64,000 nucleotides of DNA, taken from the NCBI GenBank assembly GCA_963713045.1, contig CAVQKE010000003.1:128001-192000 (forward strand). Direction: 5' to 3'. Both the position numbers and the translations under genes were made by a program. The stretch comes from an uncultured delta proteobacterium (GTDB taxonomy: Bacteria > Myxococcota > Myxococcia > Myxococcales > Myxococcaceae). Shown piece after piece: positions 56,327 through 64,000 of this stretch (positions are counted from its first letter, which is position 1; each line of letters starts with the position of its first letter). The notes under the pieces were generated by a model. The model was not told where the DNA came from. It worked only from the letters and a program-made list of their open reading frames with translations, and searched no databases.

Positions 56327-57193
56327 TCACCACCGCCGCCGCCGCATCGCCAGCCACAGCACTGCCAACAGGCCAAGCAGTGCCACCGGCGCACCCTCCG
56401 TTGCAGCGGTGTTGCAGCCCCCCAAGCCGGTCGGTCCCCCGTCGGGTAACAAGCAGTCTTGCGAGGCCTGGCCCCGCGGATAGACGTCACAGACGAATTG
56501 CTTCGAGCCAGGGTCGAGGACACGCAGGGACGTCTCCCCAATCGCCTCGTAGGCATACATGGTGGAGGTCGGGTCCGGCGACTCGTCCAGCCCCAACACG
56601 TGACCGAATTCGTGGGTGGCGGTGGCTTGCGTGTCATAGACGACGCAGTCGAGCGACTCGGCGGTCGGGTTGCAGGGGGGAGAATCCACCGCGGTGAAAA
56701 AGGCCTGCGCCGCGTTCAATTCCACCCCGGTGTTGACGATGACGCCGTTGGCCTGAAAGGTAACCGTGGTGAGGGCGAGCACGCCCGAGGTGTGGTCCCA
56801 GCAGTCGTGCAGGTTGCCGCAGCTTGCCGTGCGTTGGCAGGGGTCGCCGGCGTCAACCACGTCGCTGCACAACACCGTGCGGAAGAGAATCAGGTTCTCC
56901 GTCCCGCCATCTGTCGGCAGCCCGATGGAACGCGACGTTGAGTGTGGTCCCTCAGAGAGGGTGAGGTTGCCGCAGACCAGCATCTGCCCCTCCCACGTTT
57001 CCCAGGCCCGTGTCACCGCCTCGAAGCCGGCGTCACCCAGGGGCGCGTAGCCTTTGGCACTCTGGGAGAACACCACTGGCCCCGCGGGCCAGCGCAAGCA
57101 GTGGGAAGCGTTACTGGTCGTCGTCCGGACGTAATCCGTTGAGGCCAGCACCAGCACCAGCACCACGACAACGGCTAACAGCCCTGCTCTCAC
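56327..57193 (-). CDS. Exported metzincin (matrixin-like) protease with MYXO-CTERM-type sorting signal
   Basis: Signal peptide, THEFGHVLGLDE, Met-turn STMY, C-terminal GGC + TM + RRRR. Confidence 0.85.
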   Translation of the reverse strand: MRAGLLAVVVVLVLVLASTDYVRTTTSNASHCLRWPAGPVVFSQSAKGYAPLGDAGFEAVTRAWETWEGQMLVCGNLTLSEGPHSTSRSIGLPTDGGTENLILFRTVLCSDVVDAGDPCQRTASCGNLHDCWDHTSGVLALTTVTFQANGVIVNTGVELNAAQAFFTAVDSPPCNPTAESLDCVVYDTQATATHEFGHVLGLDESPDPTSTMYAYEAIGETSLRVLDPGSKQFVCDVYPRGQASQDCLLPDGGPTGLGGCNTAATEGAPVALLGLLAVLWLAMRRRRW

Positions 57194-57723
57194 TCCCGCT
57201 GCACCTCCCGCCCCACCAACGCGCGCAGCTCTTCCAGCGGAAGCGGCCTCCGGGGACCTGGCATCCGGCCGGCGGGTGGGACGAGGTGAAGCCCTTCGAC
57301 CACTACCGGCACCGCACGCGCGGCACCGCCGGAAGGGCCGGACTCCACCCGGTAGACGCCTTGCGACAGGCCAACCACGCGGAAGAGGGGCCCCTGTCGC
57401 TCGAGGAAGAGCACCAACTCCTCGCCCGCACCCAGTGGCGCCACCCCCGCGACGCTCTGGCCAAAGCCATCGCGCTCCCCGCCGGGCTGCACCAGCGTCA
57501 GCTTGTCCCCCGCGTGGCCTTTCCAGCGTTCCAAAACGTCCACCTCGACGAAGGTGACGAGGCGGCGGTGGTCGTCCGTCCACGCCGAACGATTCGACAT
57601 CACACGGCCACGGATGATGTCGGTGGCGGCGTGGGTCAGTGCCGGGGCGTCCATTTGTATGGCGCTGGTGGCCAGCGCTGGAGCTGCGATGAGCCACACA
57701 AGGACGAAGGAGCGCGCCGACAT
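57190..57723 (-). CDS. Exported hypothetical protein coupled to the protease gene
   Basis: Signal peptide, PGGE, GEELVLFL, VGLSQG; its stop overlaps the protease start (GTGA). Confidence 0.75.
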   Translation of the reverse strand: MSARSFVLVWLIAAPALATSAIQMDAPALTHAATDIIRGRVMSNRSAWTDDHRRLVTFVEVDVLERWKGHAGDKLTLVQPGGERDGFGQSVAGVAPLGAGEELVLFLERQGPLFRVVGLSQGVYRVESGPSGGAARAVPVVVEGLHLVPPAGRMPGPRRPLPLEELRALVGREVQRE

Positions 57724-57807
57724 CGAGGGGTGGATGTTACCTGCACTCGGCCAAGCCCGGGGCGCTGCGTTGACCCTGCGCACGCCGCTTGTTAACGCTC
57801 GCCCCCC

Positions 57808-59229
57808 ATGGCCAGCCCTCCACGTGTTCGTTTCGCTCCCTCACCCACTGGCTACCTGCACATCGGCGGGGCAAGAACGGCGCTTTTCAACTGGCTGTAT
57901 GCCCGGCGGCACCAGGGAAGCTTCGTCCTGCGAGTCGAGGACACGGACCACGAGCGGTCGACGGAAGAGTCCGTCCACGCCATTCTGGATGGGCTGCGCT
58001 GGCTCTCGCTGGACTGGGACGAGGGGCCAGGCGTCGGCGGCCCGGTTGGTCCGTACTTTCAGACCGAGCGCTTGGACCTCTACCGCCGAGAGGCCGACGC
58101 ACTCATCGCTGCCCAGAAGGCCTACCGTTGCTACTGCACCAAGGAGGAGTTGGAGCAACGGCGCGCCGTCTTCGAAAAGCAGAAACGTCCTTACAAGTAC
58201 GAGGGGACCTGCCGAAATCGCACCGACGTTCCGCCAGGCCGGTCGGCCGTGGTCCGTTTCCGCATGCCCGAGTCCGACGAAACCTTGGCCTATACCGACG
58301 AGGTGCTCGGCCGAATTGCCAAACAAACGTCAGACTTAGACGACTTCGTCATGCTTCGTTCGGACGGCGTCCCCCTCTACAACTTCGGCTGCGTGGTGGA
58401 CGACCACGCCATGGGGATTACCCTCGTCATTCGCGGGCAGGAGCACGTCAACTCGACGTTCCCGCAGCTGATGCTTTACCGCGCCCTCGGCTGGACGCCG
58501 CCGGCCATGGCCCACCTGCCCCTGATTCTCGGTTCGGACAAAGAAAAGCTCAGCAAGCGCCGCCATCCAGAGGCTGACGTCATGCTGCACCGACGCAATG
58601 GCATCCTCCCTGAGGCACTGGTGAACTTCATCGTCCGGCTCGGTTGGAGCCACGGCAACGACGAAGTCATCTCACGCTCAGCGATGATTGAGTGGTTTGG
58701 GTTTGACCATGTCGGGACCACGTCCGGTGTCTGGAATCCAGAGAAACTCCTCTGGCTCAACCAACACTACTTGAAGACGCTTCCTCCCGCCGACATTGCC
58801 TCCCGCCTGTTGCCCTTTCTCGCCGAGCGCGGTGTCGAAGCGGCCGGGGACCCGCGTCTGGAGCGGGTGGTGCTCGCGCTGCGAGAACGTTCAAAAACGC
58901 TGGTGGAGATGGCGGAACTGGCCCGCCCCTTCTTCATCCGGGTGAAAGTGGACCCCAAGGCAGCAGCGAAGCACCTGGACCACGCGGGCCAGGAAGCGCT
59001 GTCACTCGCCCGCGAAGCGCTGCACGCAGTGCAGCTTTGGAATGCGCCCAGCATCGACGCAGCCTTGAAGGGCGTCTCCGAGGCGAGCGGCTTGGGGATG
59101 GGGAAGGTCGCGCAGCCGGTGAGGGTCGCAGTGATGGGCATCCCCGTGAGCCCCCCCATCGGCGAAACCCTCGAGCTGCTCGGTAAAATCGAGACGCTTG
59201 AGCGAATTGACCTGGTGCTCGCCGTCTAG
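57808..59229 (+). CDS. gltX: Glutamate--tRNA ligase
   Basis: RFAPSPTGYLHIGGARTAL, EDTD, YRCYC, KLSKR, WLNQHY. Confidence 0.97.
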   Translation: MASPPRVRFAPSPTGYLHIGGARTALFNWLYARRHQGSFVLRVEDTDHERSTEESVHAILDGLRWLSLDWDEGPGVGGPVGPYFQTERLDLYRREADALIAAQKAYRCYCTKEELEQRRAVFEKQKRPYKYEGTCRNRTDVPPGRSAVVRFRMPESDETLAYTDEVLGRIAKQTSDLDDFVMLRSDGVPLYNFGCVVDDHAMGITLVIRGQEHVNSTFPQLMLYRALGWTPPAMAHLPLILGSDKEKLSKRRHPEADVMLHRRNGILPEALVNFIVRLGWSHGNDEVISRSAMIEWFGFDHVGTTSGVWNPEKLLWLNQHYLKTLPPADIASRLLPFLAERGVEAAGDPRLERVVLALRERSKTLVEMAELARPFFIRVKVDPKAAAKHLDHAGQEALSLAREALHAVQLWNAPSIDAALKGVSEASGLGMGKVAQPVRVAVMGIPVSPPIGETLELLGKIETLERIDLVLAV

Positions 59230-59343
59230 GCCGAAGCACGCGCGGCGACAGCCCAGCCACTCCCGCGCAGACGCGGCCGCGTTCGAAACGCCCCGTTGAA
59301 ACCGTGGACTCTCTGGCGCCCGAAGACCTACCATCGCCGGCGC

Positions 59344-59766
59344 ATGCCGGCCTGCCTTGACACCCCACAACGGCGTTTCTATAAGGCCGCCCGCCAGTGG
59401 GTGGCTGCCGCGGCGGTCGGTGTGCTGGCCTCAGCGTCAGCGCGAGCCGAGTTGCTGGACGGGGTGCAGTTTCCCGACAAAACGACGAAGGTGGGAGAAC
59501 GCAGGTACCGTGTTCCGCAGGATTGGGAGAACACGATGAAGTATTTCAAGACGACATACCCGTCGGCGCAGTTTCCGCGGCACACCATCGTCAATCAGCC
59601 GGGAGTGAAGGCCATTCACCTCACCAATCCAGACAGCCATGGAGGTTGGGAAGGCTTAAATATTTACGAGGCGAACGACGAAGTCCGAGTGTACGTGGTT
59701 CCGCCGGACGGCATGCCAGCTAGGCCGACGAAGAAGGCAGCACCCGCGGCTCCGAAGAAAAAGTAG
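59344..59766 (+). CDS. Hypothetical exported protein; start uncertain (59344 or 59401)
   Basis: Signal-like VAAAAVGVLASASARA, open frame ending just before the tRNA. Confidence 0.7.
   Translation: MPACLDTPQRRFYKAARQWVAAAAVGVLASASARAELLDGVQFPDKTTKVGERRYRVPQDWENTMKYFKTTYPSAQFPRHTIVNQPGVKAIHLTNPDSHGGWEGLNIYEANDEVRVYVVPPDGMPARPTKKAAPAAPKKK
59357..59385 (+). promoter_or_regulatory. Sigma70-type promoter TTGACA-N17-TATAAG
   Basis: Perfect -35, 17-bp spacer, 5/6 match at -10. Confidence 0.65.
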
Positions 59767-59772
59767 CATCCT

Positions 59773-59843
59773 TGGGGAATCGTCTAACGGCAGGACGCCA
59801 GATTCTGGATCTGGCTATCTAGGTTCGAATCCTAGTTCCCCAG
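59773..59843 (+). tRNA. tRNA-Gln (CTG), CCA not encoded
   Basis: Acceptor TGGGGAA/TTCCCCA, anticodon arm CCAGA-TTCTGGA-TCTGG, T arm CTAGG-TTCGAAT-CCTAG. Confidence 0.97.
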
Positions 59844-59945
59844 CTGTTTTCCTCAGGAACTTCCGGCGCTTAGACTGGTTCCGCGCTTCATCATGCGCCT
59901 ATGTTGCGCCGGCGCGTCCAGAAGCCGGACCGCGAATCACGCTCG

Positions 59946-60347
59946 TCACTGCTTTGCTTCCTCAGTTGGCGGAAGCGTCGGCGTCGCAGACGCAAAGACG
60001 TTGTCGGGATCGAAGCGTCGTTTGAGCTGAAGAATCCGTGCGAGGTTCCGGCCGTAGGCGAGGCGAACGCGCTCATGTTCGTCGACGCCTAGCAAGTTGG
60101 GATAGCCGCCGGGCAATCCGAACGGCGCCAGCTCTTCCGCCACTGCGCGCGCCCATTGGCGATGCGGAGCGCCGGAATCGCTCGCACTGGGCTGCCAGGC
60201 CGCCAGGACCTCGACCAGCAGGTGGTCCCGGCGTAACCCGAAAGCGGTGTCCGTGACGGGAACACGCGCCGCAGCGCCGTGAAAATGGTGCAGGGCGATC
60301 AACGAGAAGGGCGAAGTCATCATGCGCGCCCCGTCGAGCAGCGTCAA
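59946..60347 (-). pseudogene. C-terminal fragment of an FAD-linked oxidase (BBE domain)
   Basis: HHFHGAAARVPVTDTAF, GGYPNLL, AYGRNLARILQLKRRFDPDNVF; the FAD-binding N-terminus is absent. Confidence 0.85.
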
Positions 60348-60811
60348 GGTGTCAACGACGAGAGCCATACATCTGCGCGTGAAGTCATCGACCAGTGTCA
60401 GGACGCGGAACCTCCGGCTCTTCTCGGTAACGTCGCTCACAAAGTCCATGCTCCAGCGCTGATTGGGCCTCGTCGGCGGCGGCAGCACTGTGCGAGGCGG
60501 CGGCCACCATCCGCTTCCGCCGTTTCGTCCTCACCGACAGTCCCTCGAGGCGGTAGAGCCGGTAGACGCGCTTGCGATTGACCTGCTCGCCGTCTCGGCG
60601 GAGTAGCAGATGGAGTCGCCGGTAGCCGAAGCGCGGCCGGGAAGCAGCGTGTGCTCGAAGCCGCTCGAGGAGCTCTGTCGGCTCCCGCCTGCGGCTCGCA
60701 TAGCGGTGACTGGACCGCGAGAAACCGAGCACGCGACGCCCGACGCTCGCTGAACTCGTAGCTCGCCCGAATAGAGCCCACGGCCTGGCGGCGGTCCGTG
60801 GGCTTCACCAT
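60348..60811 (-). pseudogene. IS3 orfB transposase, frameshifted and truncated
   Basis: SERRA / FGYRRL..VNRKRVYRLYR / PNQRWSMDFVSD..VDDFTR lie in three frames (breaks near 60737 and 60497); final catalytic residues absent. Confidence 0.88.
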
Positions 60812-61074
60812 TTTTTTCGAAGCACCGACCGCACCGCTTCAAGGTCCAGAGCCTGCTCGGCGACGAGCTTCTTCAAGCGGGCGTTCTCCGCCTCGAGCTC
60901 TTTGAGCCGCTTGGCGTCCGAAACGTCCATCCCGCCGTACTTGGACTTCCATCGGTAAAAGGTCGCCTCGGCGACGCCCAGCCGCCGGCAAACGTCCGCT
61001 GCGGTGGCGCCCGCGTCGACCTCCTGAAGCGCTCGAATGATCTGCTGCTCGGTGAACTGCGACTTCCTGGGCAT
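60805..61074 (-). CDS. IS3 orfA (HTH) transposase subunit
   Basis: FTEQQII..VCRRLGVAEATFYRWKSKYGG..KRLKELEAENARLKKLVAE. Confidence 0.93.
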   Translation of the reverse strand: MPRKSQFTEQQIIRALQEVDAGATAADVCRRLGVAEATFYRWKSKYGGMDVSDAKRLKELEAENARLKKLVAEQALDLEAVRSVLRKKW

Positions 61075-61140
61075 GACCGTCCTCCGTTTTGCATTGGAGG
61101 ACTCGCATTTCAAATGGTCCAGTTTTCGGGGGGCAGGTCA

Positions 61141-61266
61141 CCCCCACTCACTCCGCTCGACTCGCTGCGATGCACCCCTGCGTTTCCCGACCACCCTCTC
61201 GCAACCACGCAACTGAGAGGGTGGTCAGGAAACTTGGGGTGCACCACGAATGGGAGTGGGTGGGGG
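61141..61266. repeat. 126-nt imperfect inverted repeat (long hairpin)
   Basis: Nested paired segments 61141-154/61253-266, 61171-178/61236-243, 61182-187/61228-233, 61189-200/61215-226. Confidence 0.85.
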
Positions 61267-61431
61267 AGGGGCGATTTCGAGTTTCAACAAGCAGCAGAAC
61301 CAGTCGGTGGGGTTTCGTCCGGGGGTGGCAAGAACATGCGTGACGTAGGTAAGCACAATACCAGGGCAGAAGTGAGCGGCAATGCGTCAGGAGCAAGGGC
61401 TATGCCTCAACGTGTCTGAAGGAGGACCGTC

Positions 61432-61878
61432 GTGCCAGATACACCGCCCGAACCATCCGGAGTGCCGGAAAAGGTCGTCGAGTTGTGGAGTGCAATAGTT
61501 CCTGGAGACCTCGGTCTGAAAGCTGGCTACTACCCGGACGGCGAAGGCGATTCGGTCTCCTTCAAGCCGCTGCTCGGCTGGATAACCGTAACCGCAAGGG
61601 GCCTTATTTCCGGAAACGTAAGCAATCAGTTTATCGGCGTGATCATGGGCCCCCTCTCGGTTCCCGTTCCCGCCACAATTGTGCCCGGCTACCTGGGGGT
61701 CTTTCCCAACAGCATGGCCCCGCACGAAGCTTGGGATTTCTCGGCACGCTGGCGCCCCCCCGCTACGGATGCCTCCGCGCCGCCTTCTCCCGCTGATGGG
61801 AGTAGCGGTGAGTCTGCGACCCAGAACACGGTTCAACGCCAGCACCTGCGTCTCCTTCCAACGCCCGAGAGCCCCTGA
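61432..61878 (+). CDS. Hypothetical protein
   Basis: Strong RBS GGAGG before GTG; ends 2 nt before hicA. Confidence 0.6.
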   Translation: MPDTPPEPSGVPEKVVELWSAIVPGDLGLKAGYYPDGEGDSVSFKPLLGWITVTARGLISGNVSNQFIGVIMGPLSVPVPATIVPGYLGVFPNSMAPHEAWDFSARWRPPATDASAPPSPADGSSGESATQNTVQRQHLRLLPTPESP

Positions 61879-61880
61879 AC

Positions 61881-62096
61881 GTGGGCGTATGGCCGAGTAA
61901 GAAGGCAAAGGTTGTACTGCGGGCACTGCTCAAGATTGGGTGGAGTGAGAAGCGTAACGAGGGCACGAGCCATCGCGTGCTTCAGCGCCCCGGGTTCGAG
62001 GACTACACGTGGGCTTTCCACGATGGCGTTGAAATCGGTCCGAAGATGATGGCGAAAATCGCCAAGAAAACGGGCCTTGTCCCCACAGACTTGTAG
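61881..62096 (+). CDS. hicA: HicA family toxin (type II TA)
   Basis: VLRALLKIGW..GTSHRVL..FHDGVEIGPKMMAKIAKKTGL. Confidence 0.88.
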   Translation: MGVWPSKKAKVVLRALLKIGWSEKRNEGTSHRVLQRPGFEDYTWAFHDGVEIGPKMMAKIAKKTGLVPTDL

Positions 62097-62126
62097 CCCG
62101 TCGGCGACCGTGGTTACGTTGACGTC

Positions 62127-62342
62127 ATGGAGTGGCTCATCCTGAGCGAAGAGGATGACGGCCGGTGGTTCGGAGAGGTCCCGAGCCTCCCGGGTGTCAT
62201 GGTCTACGGCGAGTCCCGCGAAGAGGCGGCCCGGCTGACGCTCGACCTGGCGCGGCGCGTTGTCGCGGACCGCATCGCTCACGGTGAGTCAGTGCCTGAA
62301 TTCCTCCGACAAGAGGGCGTTCTCGAGCAACGGGTCGCATAG
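62127..62342 (+). CDS. hicB: HicB family antitoxin, short form without a DNA-binding domain
   Basis: EEDDGRWFGEVPSLPGVMVYGESREEA. Confidence 0.88.
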   Translation: MEWLILSEEDDGRWFGEVPSLPGVMVYGESREEAARLTLDLARRVVADRIAHGESVPEFLRQEGVLEQRVA

Positions 62343-62427
62343 CCGTTCTCGCGGCTATTGGACGACCGAACGAAGTGTTTCCCCAGCCGGTGCCGCCTTG
62401 ACGCAGACACGATCCCGGCCAGGCTGG

Positions 62428-63063
62428 ATGAGCCGAGTACTGCGGTTTTTGCAACCCTCCCCAGGGAATCAGGTCCAGTTGGCCGAGCTTCGCCGCGGTC
62501 TTGCGAGGGCTCACCCGACGACAAGACCCGAGCTGGAGGCAGACCTTCGGCGTCTCTTCCCCCTGATTGTGCCGAGCGAGTATTTCAAACGTGCTTTCCC
62601 CGCACCTCACGATCCGCTTCCCAACGAACAGTTGGCGCTGACGTGGGTCCTCCTTCAGCCGACGACGATGCTTTATCTCACACCGGACGAAGCTCAGCGT
62701 TTTGACGCGCAGGGCTTCGCTTGGAAGGCCCGATCTTTCGAGAACCTCGAGAAGGCCGGCGGCGTCGCGACTAAAGAAAGTAGAAGTGCAACGGGCCAAT
62801 TGGCCTGGGTGGGAATGATGCACGGAGACGGGTTGGGTTCGTCCAGAGTGTTACTCGCCCCGAAGTGCAGCGTCTTATTCCCCGAAGGCTACTGGATTGC
62901 CCTTCCCGACCGAAGCTGCGGGATGGCCATCTCAAAGACGCTGGCAGCCGGTGAGCTCGAAGAAGTCAAAGAGATGGTCTCCCAGATGTTCCAAGGCGCG
63001 ACGACGCCGATGAGCGGCCGACTCCATGAACCTGCGCAGGTCGCAATTCCGAGGGAGAGCTAG
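62428..63063 (+). CDS. Hypothetical protein, weakly DUF1444-like
   Basis: 211-aa ORF; DGLGSSRVLL and IALPDRS resemble DUF1444 motifs. Confidence 0.55.
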   Translation: MSRVLRFLQPSPGNQVQLAELRRGLARAHPTTRPELEADLRRLFPLIVPSEYFKRAFPAPHDPLPNEQLALTWVLLQPTTMLYLTPDEAQRFDAQGFAWKARSFENLEKAGGVATKESRSATGQLAWVGMMHGDGLGSSRVLLAPKCSVLFPEGYWIALPDRSCGMAISKTLAAGELEEVKEMVSQMFQGATTPMSGRLHEPAQVAIPRES

Positions 63064-63159
63064 TGTTCTCCCAACAAAGCCTGACCCCTCTACTCCGAAC
63101 ACTTCGTTTTCATCGCGCAGGACGACGTCAGTGGCGGCTCCTCCGGCTGGGCGACTTCA

Positions 63160-63181
63160 TGTTGCGTCAGTGTTGCGCCAG
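63160..63181 (+). repeat. Tandem 11-bp repeat TGTTGCG(T/C)CAG, candidate integrase arm sites
   Basis: Two adjacent copies ~120 bp inside the right att; related TGTTGCGCCGG at 59902 inside the left att. Confidence 0.6.
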
Positions 63182-63338
63182 ACCAGCAAACTGAGTCCGA
63201 CGCGGAACTACGCAGCACAACGACCTCAATCTCGCTTCTAGTGATTTCAGCGCCTTGGACGCTAACTTCCGAAAGTCATTCGGACTTTTTCTTCCCGAGA
63301 CCGGGTTCGAATCCTAGTTCCCCAGTTCGAAAACTCAG

Positions 63339-63791
63339 TCACGGAGAATTCTTGATTTCGATTCGCAGTCCGTGAGGTCCCCTCACCTCGCTGGCGGCAC
63401 TGTCGGGCGTGTCGAGGTCTTCGACGGAGTGCATGGGTTCCGGTGCCATCCACGAGATGCGCCACCTCCCCGGCTCAACAATCGGCGAATCTTTGCTCGG
63501 GATGTCTCGTACGGTCCCGTCCGCGTTGTGATACCGAAAATGTCCAGTATGCCCACCGGTGTCCCAACTCACGTTGAGGCTCGGCCAGCGGTGATGATGC
63601 CACGGCACAGTCATGCCCGGTTCCACGGCGACTTGCAGCACTCGGACGAACGAATTCTCGAAAAGAACAAGATGACTCCTCGGTGCAGCTTGCACGGCGT
63701 CGAACCCGTCGGGGAAATCCGTCTTGGATCGCGCAGGGTAGTGCCAATGCCACCCGACGATCGCCAACGCGACTATCGTCGTCAGGATCAT
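63339..63791 (-). CDS. Exported cupin-fold protein; start may be 63842
   Basis: N-terminal hydrophobic segment, LFENSFVRVL, PGMTVPWHHH, PMHSVE. Confidence 0.75.
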   Translation of the reverse strand: MILTTIVALAIVGWHWHYPARSKTDFPDGFDAVQAAPRSHLVLFENSFVRVLQVAVEPGMTVPWHHHRWPSLNVSWDTGGHTGHFRYHNADGTVRDIPSKDSPIVEPGRWRISWMAPEPMHSVEDLDTPDSAASEVRGPHGLRIEIKNSP

Positions 63792-64000
63792 GGCTGACAC
63801 GAGTCCACGACAGGAGTGAAAAAAGGCTCGCGCTCGTTCCATTGAACCGCTCCTGCGTGACGGCGGGACGTTGTTCCACCCTACAGCTACCGCATCGGTT
63901 GAGCTCTTCGCATCGAACAGGACGAGTGGAAGCTGCTGCCAACCTGAGCACCGTTGTGACGAACTTTGTCCCATTGGCACTGCGAAGCGAGGGGGTCGGC

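Larger units (their letters stand above)
60348..61140 (-). mobile_element. Truncated IS3-family (IS407-group-like) insertion sequence
   Basis: Left end TGACCTGCCCCCCGAAAACTGGACCA at 61140; orfA and orfB with an A7 slippery site at 60811-60817; right end missing. Confidence 0.9.
59822..63325. mobile_element. Small tRNA-Gln-integrated element without an integrase, bounded by a 22-bp direct repeat
   Basis: GGTTCGAATCCTAGTTCCCCAG at 59822-59843 and 63304-63325; composition shift; IS and TA cargo. Confidence 0.8.

Noticed and set aside
59946..60488. Novel transposase-oxidase fusion protein
   Set aside because: Both halves are incomplete and there is no credible start or RBS; best read as a deletion scar
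61141..63063. Integron cassette array or retron
   Set aside because: No RYYYAAC...GTTRRRY attC pairs after the ORFs, and no integron integrase or reverse transcriptase in the window
63280..63325. Second tRNA gene
   Set aside because: Only the T-loop and 3' acceptor strand are present; D and anticodon arms are absent, so it is an att duplication

Overview
GC-rich window, most likely from a myxobacterium (Myxococcota): it has a MYXO-CTERM-type protease and myxobacteria-like housekeeping synteny. Positions 1 to ~59.8 kb are mostly core genome. They hold polyamine genes (speA plus a deoxyhypusine-synthase-like gene), an Fe-S Rrf2 regulator, and a split complex I locus (nuoAB, then nuoCD-G-H-I) interrupted by a form II coxSLM/coxD/coxE/xdhC molybdo-hydroxylase block. 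They also hold an orphan PTS EIIC, a tandem array of five DUF4398/OmpA lipoproteins, two CHASE2 class III cyclases (one intact in a cyclase-CRP-PDE cassette, one missing half of its catalytic residues), serA, a TetR/crotonase/BKACE operon, lptD with an AMIN-repeat-AMIN protein, folC, accD, purMN, rpmB, a TldD-family gene and gltX. After tRNA-Gln(CTG) an accessory region begins. A ~3.5 kb integrase-less element is bounded by a 22-bp tRNA 3' duplication with arm-like and IHF-like sites. It carries a decayed IS3 (IS407-group) element, a 126-nt hairpin and hicAB. By eye, GATC is almost absent from the core (1 site in ~59.7 kb) but common in the accessory region. All calls come from reading motifs by eye; no searches were run.
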